Source of the DNA: an uncultured Spirochaetaceae bacterium
GTDB lineage: Bacteria > Spirochaetota > Spirochaetia > Sphaerochaetales > Sphaerochaetaceae
Length of the DNA: 64,000 nt
Direction of reading: 5' to 3'
NCBI GenBank assembly: GCA_944392975.1
Contig: CALXYN010000002.1
Span: forward strand, 1,105 to 65,104
This document shows positions 57,436 to 64,000 of the stretch, piece by piece (the stretch's first letter is position 1; each line of letters opens with the position of its first letter). The notes beneath the pieces are model-generated. The model worked only from the letters and a program-made list of their open reading frames with translations. It searched no databases and was not told the DNA's origin. The translations under genes were made by a program, and so were the position numbers.

Positions 57436-58935
57436 ATGGGAAAATACAACAGAAAACCAAAGCTGCGCTCTGTAACAAGAATGCGCTCTAAGAAGATGGA
57501 CAGAAAGAGAGATGTTCGTCTAAACGAGGGGTACTCTAGTACCGTCTCAGGCACTACGACCCAGACGGCAGCTAAGGGAAGTCCTCTAAATTATTTCAGG
57601 AACACTGGTCTATCAGAAAGAACAGGTCTAGGGCTTTCTATTGTCATTGATGCAGTTGCTCTCGCGCTCATCGTGATGCTTATTGTATCGTTCACAAGGG
57701 GTAGTAACAGTGATGACAATGCGGTTGAAGCTCCTATTGTTGCAGTAGATGAGATACCTGCAGCTGTAGAGGAAGTTCCGGAATCAGTTATAGCTGATGA
57801 ATCTGCAGAGGCTGCGATTCCTCCTGTTATTGCAACTATTGAAGAAGCAGAGCCTGCAGCAGATATTGTTGCAGTTGAAACTGTTCCTGATACTGTTCTC
57901 GGAAGTCTTGTCTATAGCGACAGAAGTGCTGAAGTCACATCCTATCCAGATCATACGGAAATCGCATATCCTGATATCGTAAGCGCAGATGATGCCGCGG
58001 CTTTCCTTGCTTTCTCCTCAGAAAGGAATGGGGTCGATGTTCCATATAGTGCTGCTGATGGTGTTGCAACCATAATTCATCCATACAATCTTTCCGATAG
58101 CGAAAGAGAAACAGCTATTGCTGTCCTGCAGAGTGATCTTGATGCATACATGGCTTCCCTTATGGCAGAGAAAACGGTTGCCGTTCCTGTCATAAGTAAG
58201 ATGGAAGAACCTGTTGAAGCTGTGGTTGAGGAGTCTGTAGCTGAAGCAGAAGAAATGCCTGCTGTTATTAAAGATTCTTCTGAAGAAACAGCAGTTGAAA
58301 TAGAGGAGGTCCCTGTCATTTCTGAAACAGTTGAAGAGGCTCTTTCCGTGCTTCCTCCAGCTATCCAGACAGGTGTGGAAGAAGAGGATGATGAGTGGAA
58401 GAAGATAAAGCACTCGTTTTCCTTCTCCGTCAGTCCATACAGCTTCAAGTATGTTGATTTCTACCATGGAAGAGGTAATACCTCGATATCAGGAATGCCT
58501 GCTTCTGAATTCATGTCTGAGTATGGTTTCGGTTTTTCTCTTGTATATACATACAACATCATTCCATATCTCTCTGTCGGCCTTGAGACAGGTTTCTATG
58601 GTTACGATCCGTTGCGTTCAATCCTTTCCGATGATGCTTTCTATATGCAGGTCCCGGTTCTGGCAACCATTACTGGAATCCTTCCTATAGGAAATGTATC
58701 CCTGTTCCTTGGGGGAGCAATCGGTGTTGATTTCTCCTTCCTTGAGGATGTTTACGGCTATTACCTAATGTGTGGAGTTCATATGGGCGTTTCCTGGCGT
58801 TTTGCAGAGGATTGGTCATTCTTCTGGAAAGCAGAGGGAACTTTCACTTATCAGCCAAAATACGACGACTCAATGTATTCAAGTAAGACATATGCGCTCC
58901 ACCCGGTGTCGCTCGGCATCTCATGCCACTTCTGA
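57436..58935 (+). CDS. Surface/OM protein paralogous to 3084-5600 (one degenerate repeat unit plus a C-terminal OMP-like domain)
   Basis: Basic N-terminus plus a hydrophobic helix (GLGLSIVIDAVALALIVMLIVSF) and an acidic V/E/A-rich region. One unit, YPDHTEIAYPDIVSADDAAAFLAFSSERNGVDVPY...ETAIAVLQSDLDAYMASL, resembles the repeats at 3402-5018. The C-terminus ends ...SLGISCHF. Confidence 0.7.
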   Translation: MGKYNRKPKLRSVTRMRSKKMDRKRDVRLNEGYSSTVSGTTTQTAAKGSPLNYFRNTGLSERTGLGLSIVIDAVALALIVMLIVSFTRGSNSDDNAVEAPIVAVDEIPAAVEEVPESVIADESAEAAIPPVIATIEEAEPAADIVAVETVPDTVLGSLVYSDRSAEVTSYPDHTEIAYPDIVSADDAAAFLAFSSERNGVDVPYSAADGVATIIHPYNLSDSERETAIAVLQSDLDAYMASLMAEKTVAVPVISKMEEPVEAVVEESVAEAEEMPAVIKDSSEETAVEIEEVPVISETVEEALSVLPPAIQTGVEEEDDEWKKIKHSFSFSVSPYSFKYVDFYHGRGNTSISGMPASEFMSEYGFGFSLVYTYNIIPYLSVGLETGFYGYDPLRSILSDDAFYMQVPVLATITGILPIGNVSLFLGGAIGVDFSFLEDVYGYYLMCGVHMGVSWRFAEDWSFFWKAEGTFTYQPKYDDSMYSSKTYALHPVSLGISCHF

Positions 58936-58942
58936 GGATAAA

Positions 58943-59566
58943 ATGATGGGAAAAAGAACAATACTGGCGGTAATTGCCGCGCTGATCATAGCTATTATAT
59001 TCACAGCCTGTCCAACTCATCCAGAGACTGTAAACCAGCAGCTCTATCCGTATCTTGTCGTTGATTCCAGCGGAGCCATAAGAGTAGCTGCATATGTTCA
59101 GGCACACACGATAAGAGTGCCTGATGATATCGAACTCCCTAATGGCAAGAAAGCAGACAGATTCTGTGGTTTTCTTACAGATATTTCGAAGTATGCAGTG
59201 ACTGAAGTAATTTTCGAGCCAGGAATCACTTCAATCTGCAATAATGCGTTCAGTGGGGCCATAAACCTTACTGAGGTAAGACTTCCGGAAGGTCTTAATT
59301 CAATAGGAGACGGTGCTTTCAGTGTAACAGGTATAACAGAACTTGTGATACCTGAATCAGTTACTTCTATTGGAAAAGATGCTTTTGCAGGTACTGAGAT
59401 AACATCACTCACAATACCAGCATCATTTACCGGTAAGCTTGTCGATATCTTCGGAGAAAGCATAAAGACAACGCTCCAGAGCATTACTATCATTGGAGAT
59501 GGTGATATCGCATCTGATGCTTTTAACGATTTCGCAGCTCTTACTGGTGTGACAGTGAAACCATAA
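58943..59566 (+). CDS. Leucine-rich-repeat (BspA-type LRR_5) lipoprotein
   Basis: MMGKRTILAVIAALIIAIIFTAC lipobox. Repeated units read I..I...AF.G...LT.V.(L/I)PE.(L/V).SIG..AF. Confidence 0.75.
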   Translation: MMGKRTILAVIAALIIAIIFTACPTHPETVNQQLYPYLVVDSSGAIRVAAYVQAHTIRVPDDIELPNGKKADRFCGFLTDISKYAVTEVIFEPGITSICNNAFSGAINLTEVRLPEGLNSIGDGAFSVTGITELVIPESVTSIGKDAFAGTEITSLTIPASFTGKLVDIFGESIKTTLQSITIIGDGDIASDAFNDFAALTGVTVKP

Positions 59567-59702
59567 AGGAAATCGGTTCTGATTGTCCATCTGCACACTT
59601 GCTTCCAATATCAAATACGAATCATTTTCCATTGAAGTAAATCAATGAATGTGTATGATTAGAGAACACACTTAATTATCTTCAGTAAAGATTAATAACT
59701 AG

Positions 59703-59744
59703 AAGCCTCTCTTCGATGCTTTCAGCAAAGGTGAGAGGCTTTTG
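59703..59744 (+). terminator. Probable terminator after the LRR gene
   Basis: AAGCCTCTC-N21-GAGAGGCTT followed by TTTGC. The loop is long and the T tract is weak. Confidence 0.4.
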
Positions 59745-59975
59745 CAATGATAAAGGCTATAACAGCAACTATGTTATGAATAAAGTTGCCATGAATTTTA
59801 CAAAAGGGTCTATCCGGAAAATCTTATTGTTTTCTGACAGTGGAAACGGATAAGAAGGCTGAAAGTAGCGGATAACATGTCCGTAAGAATCGGATATAAA
59901 TTGATATGCCTCATATGATATGGAAAAGAATGGCATTGAAGAATCTATTGCTCCATGTCGTTGTTTTTTCAATGG

Positions 59976-60007
59976 ATTGAGATAATTATCTCAATGATTT
60001 GAGATAA
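59976..60007. promoter_or_regulatory. Perfect 20-bp palindrome plus a third half-site immediately upstream of the ATPase gene (candidate operator)
   Basis: ATTGAGATAA|TTATCTCAAT (59976-59995), then TTGAGATAA again at 59999-60007. The ATG is at 60023. Confidence 0.5.
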
Positions 60008-60022
60008 ATAAAAAGAGCCTAT

Positions 60023-61180
60023 ATGGAGAGAACCAGATACACGGAGATGCTCAGAATCCGTATCAGAGAGAAGAGACGGTTCATACAGGTTCTTGATGGC
60101 CCGAGACAGGTTGGAAAAAGCACAATCATCGCTGACGTTCTATCAACGCTAAAAATTCCATATGTCTCTGAAAGGGCCGATGACATCATGGTTTCGGGGG
60201 AGACATGGCTTAAGAGCATATGGGATAGGGCCAGAATCCTTGCAAAGCAGTACGGTGAAGCGCTGGTCGTGATTGATGAAATCCAGAAGATTGCCAACTG
60301 GAGCGAAACCGTGAAGGCTGTCCTGTCAGGTTCATCCCGGCTCCTTTTGATGAAGGGGCTCTCCGAATCCCTCCATGGACGGTTTGAGTTGATTCCGGTT
60401 CCTCTTTGGTCTTACGGTGAGATGAAGGGTGTGTTCGGTTTCTCGCTTGATGAATTCATATACTTCGGATCGTATCCAGGACCTGCCGACCTCATAGGAG
60501 ATGAGAAGCGTTGGAAGGCATATATACGTGATTCAATCATGGAACCGAGCCTGACAAAGGATATTCTCATGCTCACTCCCATCCAGAAACCGGCACTTCT
60601 GAGACAGCTTATGGAACTCGGTTCATATTATTCCGGACAGATCATACCATTTGAGCACATGCTAGGACAGTTGTCTGATGCAGGAAACACGACAACGCTG
60701 GCACACTATCTCGACCTGCTCAGGCAGAGCGGTCTCCTTGCAGGATTGCAGAAATATTCGGGGAGCGAGGTCCGCAAGCGTTCTTCCAGTCCTAAGCTCC
60801 AGGTTTTTAACAATGCATTGCTGTTATCAAGACACCCCGTGGATTTTACCCGGGCAAAGGAAGATGGCACGTTCTGGGGCCGTCTTGTGGAATCTGCGGT
60901 AGGGACGCATCTTCTCAGTTCGGTAACAGGGAAAGATGTCAGTCTTGGCTACTGGAGAGAGAAGCAGAATGAGGTGGATTTCGTTCTGTACAATGAATAT
61001 TCTGCAGTCGCATTTGAAGTGAAAAGCGGAGAAAGGACATATGGGCGTGGCATGGATACTTTTCTGAGAAGATACCCAGAGGGCAAGGTATTTTCCGTAT
61101 CAGCAAAGGCTGATGCTGGTTCGCTGGCAATTCCTCTGGAGGAGTTTTTGATCGGGAATCCACTTAACTATCTAGGATGA
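60023..61180 (+). CDS. AAA+ ATPase of the AAA_14/DUF4143 family
   Basis: Walker A GPRQVGKST, Walker B VVIDEIQKI, LSGSS...ESLHGRF, and a C-terminal DUF4143-like region ending in a restriction-endonuclease-like EVDFVL...AFEVKSG. Confidence 0.75.
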   Translation: MERTRYTEMLRIRIREKRRFIQVLDGPRQVGKSTIIADVLSTLKIPYVSERADDIMVSGETWLKSIWDRARILAKQYGEALVVIDEIQKIANWSETVKAVLSGSSRLLLMKGLSESLHGRFELIPVPLWSYGEMKGVFGFSLDEFIYFGSYPGPADLIGDEKRWKAYIRDSIMEPSLTKDILMLTPIQKPALLRQLMELGSYYSGQIIPFEHMLGQLSDAGNTTTLAHYLDLLRQSGLLAGLQKYSGSEVRKRSSSPKLQVFNNALLLSRHPVDFTRAKEDGTFWGRLVESAVGTHLLSSVTGKDVSLGYWREKQNEVDFVLYNEYSAVAFEVKSGERTYGRGMDTFLRRYPEGKVFSVSAKADAGSLAIPLEEFLIGNPLNYLG

Positions 61181-61410
61181 GGGAAAATATTCATTTCATG
61201 AATGCATCTGATGCGAATATCATCTGTTCCTCATATTGGTGATGCTCGATTTGACCGACGTGTCTGAACTTTTTTAGTGGGCACAGAGAATCAAGGGTAT
61301 AGCACATTTAGGAGGGAAAGATACCAAAGAGATATTCCTTGCAGACGTGATGCGATCCTCTCATTTTTCTTTAATCTTTTTGTAGAATAATATGGACAGG
61401 AGAGTGATGA

Positions 61411-62091
61411 ATGCGCATTCTTGTAGCTGAAGATGAGAGGGAACTGAATAGTATCATTGCTAAAAGGCTTGCCGATGAAGACTACGCTGTAGACAGCGTT
61501 TTCGATGGAAAGAATGCCTTGGAGTACATGCTTACAACCTCATACGATATTGTTCTTCTTGATGTGATGATGCCCGGCATGGACGGATTTGAAGTCCTCA
61601 AACGTTATAGGGCGGAAGGAGGTACTTCTCCTGTTCTTTTCCTTACAGCTCGTGATGCTGTTTCCGACAGGGTCCGTGGTCTTGACAGCGGAGGGGATGA
61701 CTATCTTGTAAAACCTTTTGCATTTCAGGAGCTCCTTGCGAGAATGAGGGTTCTTCTGAGGCGAAATGATGGTAAGAACAAATCCTCCGTCCTGCAGGTG
61801 GGAGATCTTTCTCTTGATACATCCTCACATAGGGCTGTGAGAAGGGGACGGGAGATAGAGCTCAGTTCAAAGGAGTTTTCAATACTAGAGTTTCTGATGC
61901 GGAATGAAGGTGCGATACTTAGCCGCGAGAGTATCAGAGAACATATATGGTCCTGGGATTATGATGGCGAGTCAAATGTTGTGGATGTGTATATCCGGTA
62001 CTTACGGAAAAAGATCGATGAGGGGGAGAGTGTGAAACTCATTCATACTGTACGGGGATCTGGATACATGATTAAAGGAGAAGGAATTTGA
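61411..62091 (+). CDS. OmpR/PhoB-family response regulator
   Basis: Receiver domain (DVMMPGMDG, KPF) plus a winged-helix output domain (LSSKEFSILEFLMRN...VRGSGY). Confidence 0.92.
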   Translation: MRILVAEDERELNSIIAKRLADEDYAVDSVFDGKNALEYMLTTSYDIVLLDVMMPGMDGFEVLKRYRAEGGTSPVLFLTARDAVSDRVRGLDSGGDDYLVKPFAFQELLARMRVLLRRNDGKNKSSVLQVGDLSLDTSSHRAVRRGREIELSSKEFSILEFLMRNEGAILSRESIREHIWSWDYDGESNVVDVYIRYLRKKIDEGESVKLIHTVRGSGYMIKGEGI

Positions 62092-63425
62092 CAATAAAAA
62101 AGCGCATAGTCATCTGGTATACGATATGGATGGCTTTTCTTGTCATCATCACGCTTCTGGTTCTTTTTTCCGGAGGTGGAGCCATTGCCAGAAGGGAGGC
62201 AATAGAGAATCTGGAAGAGGCTGTCAATGATGCTGCTGAGGATATCATGGTAAGAGATGGCAGGATAAGGATGGATGATGTCTCCTTCTATGATGATGGC
62301 GTGTACATCTCCATCTGGGATAATGGAAGTTTTTTTGAAGGACGTTTCCCAGACGATGCACCCGATGCAGAATTCAGAAGCGGTGTTCTGCAGAGCCCTG
62401 TGGGGGAGAGCGGAACATGGTATTACCTTGATCTTGAGATTGCAGACGGCATTTTCATCAGGGGCGCTTATAGATCTTATGATATGGGCCTATTTGTGTC
62501 ATCAATGCAGATTCTGGCCTTCATATTGCTTCCCCTTGTGGTTATTCTGGCTGCTTTTGGTGGTTATATAATCGTCAGACGTTCTTTGAAACCTGCTGAG
62601 AAGGTCATCACAACAGCAGGGGAAATAGCGGGGTCGGATGATCTGTCTAAGCGTATTGCTTTGGGAGAAGGCAAGGATGAGATTCATCAGATGGCCTCTG
62701 CTTTTGATAGTATGCTGGACAGAATTGAAAATGCATTTGAAAAAGAACAGCAGTTTACATCGGATGCTTCTCATGAGCTCAGAACACCGATTGCCGTCAT
62801 ACTTGCAGAGACAGATTATGCAGGCGGGTACACTGGCGATGAAGAGAAGATGAAAGAGGCTTTGTCAATCATTTCAAGACAGGCTGAGAAGATGTCGGGG
62901 CTGGTATCAGAGCTCCTGACGCTCGCTCGCTCTGATAAAGGTACGCTTCAGCTGCATCCAGAGACGTTTGATCTTGGGGAGCTTGGAGAAATGGTTCTTT
63001 CGACGATGGAGGAAAAAGCCAGTGAGAGACATATAATGCTTTCTGCAAAGACTGCGCCGGATGTGATGATTGAAGCTGACCAGGGCATGATAGCACGTGT
63101 GATGATAAACCTAATTTCAAATGCCATTACCTACGGAAGGGAAAACGGCTGGGCTATTCTCAGAATCAACGCAAGAAATGATGAGGCTGTAATCGAAGTG
63201 GAGGATGATGGCATTGGTATTTCCAGAGAGCATATCGATAAAATCTGGGACAGGTTTTTCCAATCTGATTCTTCCCGTAATTCCTCTGCATCCTCTGGAG
63301 CTGGTCTTGGACTTTCCATTGTGAAGGAAATTGTTCTTGCTCATGGTGGAAGCGTCGGAGTGGAAAGCATTTTGGGAAAAGGGAGTGTGTTTACTGTAAA
63401 GCTGCCGTTGAAACAGTCAAAATGA
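62088..63425 (+). CDS. Sensor histidine kinase (HAMP-HisKA-HATPase)
   Basis: Two TM segments, H-box SDASHELRTPIAVI, N box NLISNAITY, and G boxes DDGIGI and GAGLGLSIV. There is a 4-nt overlap with the regulator gene. Confidence 0.92.
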   Translation: MTIKKRIVIWYTIWMAFLVIITLLVLFSGGGAIARREAIENLEEAVNDAAEDIMVRDGRIRMDDVSFYDDGVYISIWDNGSFFEGRFPDDAPDAEFRSGVLQSPVGESGTWYYLDLEIADGIFIRGAYRSYDMGLFVSSMQILAFILLPLVVILAAFGGYIIVRRSLKPAEKVITTAGEIAGSDDLSKRIALGEGKDEIHQMASAFDSMLDRIENAFEKEQQFTSDASHELRTPIAVILAETDYAGGYTGDEEKMKEALSIISRQAEKMSGLVSELLTLARSDKGTLQLHPETFDLGELGEMVLSTMEEKASERHIMLSAKTAPDVMIEADQGMIARVMINLISNAITYGRENGWAILRINARNDEAVIEVEDDGIGISREHIDKIWDRFFQSDSSRNSSASSGAGLGLSIVKEIVLAHGGSVGVESILGKGSVFTVKLPLKQSK

Positions 63426-63446
63426 TGCCGTCTCCACCTCTGGCTA

Positions 63447-63504
63447 TTGACGGACTCGAAATTAAACTATAATGTTTTTGACATATTTAGAAAAAATGTC
63501 AAAA
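63447..63504 (+). promoter_or_regulatory. Candidate promoter plus an inverted-repeat operator upstream of the acyl-CoA ligase gene
   Basis: TTGACG (63447-63452), 15 nt, TATAAT (63468-63473), then TTTTGACAT-N11-ATGTCAAAA (63476-63504). Confidence 0.4.
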
Positions 63505-63519
63505 TAAAGAGGTGGGGAT

Positions 63520-64000
63520 ATGTTCAATACACTTGTGGAGATGTTTGACAGCATCGTAGCAAAAAGCCCTAATGCTGTTGCGCAGATGGGTAAGACTGCC
63601 AAAGGTGCTTTCATTCCGAAGACATATAAGGAACTGCAGAAGGAAGTGAGAGCAGTTGCTCTGGCTCTTCTTGAACTGGGTGTCATGCGTGGTGATAACA
63701 TCGGTATCATCAGCGATAACCGGCCAGAGTGGCTTGCTTCAGATCTTGCAATCCTTGCCCTGGGAGGAGCAGATGTTCCTCGTGGCCGCGATGCGATGCC
63801 GTATGAGGTTGAGCATATCCTCTCTGTTACGGAAGCAAAGCTGACCTTTGCAGAAAATGATGAACAGAAAGAGAAGATTCTCGGCATTTCTTCCAATCTG
63901 CCATCACTTCGCACGATTGTCGTGTTTGACGGAGAAGAAGAGGAGCGTGGTGGCATTTCTGTAATCAGCTACAAATCCCTTCTTGAAAAGGGCAATGCTC
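63520..64000 (+). CDS. AMP-dependent synthetase/ligase (long-chain fatty acid-CoA ligase-like), N-terminal part; runs off the window edge
   Basis: GGTGGGG RBS. My translation is MFNTLVEMFDSIVAKSPNAVAQMGK...TYKELQKEVRAVALALLELGVMRGDNIGIISDNRPEWLASDLAILALGGADVPRG, which is typical of the FadD-like N-terminal region. Confidence 0.75.
   Translation, partial: MFNTLVEMFDSIVAKSPNAVAQMGKTAKGAFIPKTYKELQKEVRAVALALLELGVMRGDNIGIISDNRPEWLASDLAILALGGADVPRGRDAMPYEVEHILSVTEAKLTFAENDEQKEKILGISSNLPSLRTIVVFDGEEEERGGISVISYKSLLEKGNA

Noticed and set aside
59769-59972. A 67-aa minus-strand ORF in the gap upstream of the DUF4143 ATPase gene.
   Set aside because: It has a TTG start with no Shine-Dalgarno and abuts the palindrome. 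There is no recognisable domain and the DNA is AT-rich, so it is probably not a gene.

Overview
This 64-kb chromosomal window comes from a diderm bacterium with roughly mid-40s % GC (judged by eye, not computed). A Treponema-like spirochaete is my guess. It rests only on gene content: a long ~500-aa SHMT, a BspA-type LRR lipoprotein, many small beta-barrel proteins ending in an aromatic residue, and AGGSSE-type exported solute-binding proteins. About 85% of the window is ordinary core or transport DNA. That includes ftsH-hslO-rlmKL, ychF, rpsD, topA, infA, glyA, rpiB and a CBS-pyrophosphatase. It also includes a complete Liv-type branched-chain amino-acid ABC operon, two CUT1 sugar ABC loci, an NMT1-type ABC operon behind a sigma-54 two-component pair, and an OmpR-type two-component pair. 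I found no rRNA and no CRISPR array, and only one tRNA, tRNA-Arg(CCT). There are two accessory spots. (i) An AT-richer islet at about 24.6-29.6 kb abuts tRNA-Arg. It holds a TetR-controlled membrane-protein cluster, a heavily decayed tnpB pseudogene whose structured right end (omega-RNA-like) is still intact, a 5'-truncated beta-helix surface-protein gene, and a toxin-first RelE/HigB-XRE module. (ii) An apparently intact IS200/IS605 element (tnpA + tnpB + predicted omega-RNA) lies at about 55.6-57.4 kb. Comparing the two IS right ends lets the element boundary and the guide start be inferred. Other items worth a second look are listed here.
- An 839-aa surface protein built from five tandem ~110-aa units of an unrecognised domain fused to a C-terminal OMP-like barrel, with a single-unit paralogue at 57.4 kb.
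- A TIGR04076-like gene split at a G5 run.
- A HAD-cytidine deaminase fusion next to a dihydropyrimidinase-like amidohydrolase inside a sugar-ABC locus.
- A beta-mannosidase-like protein whose catalytic barrel looks degenerate.
All calls come from reading the ORF translations and the DNA by eye. No database search was run.
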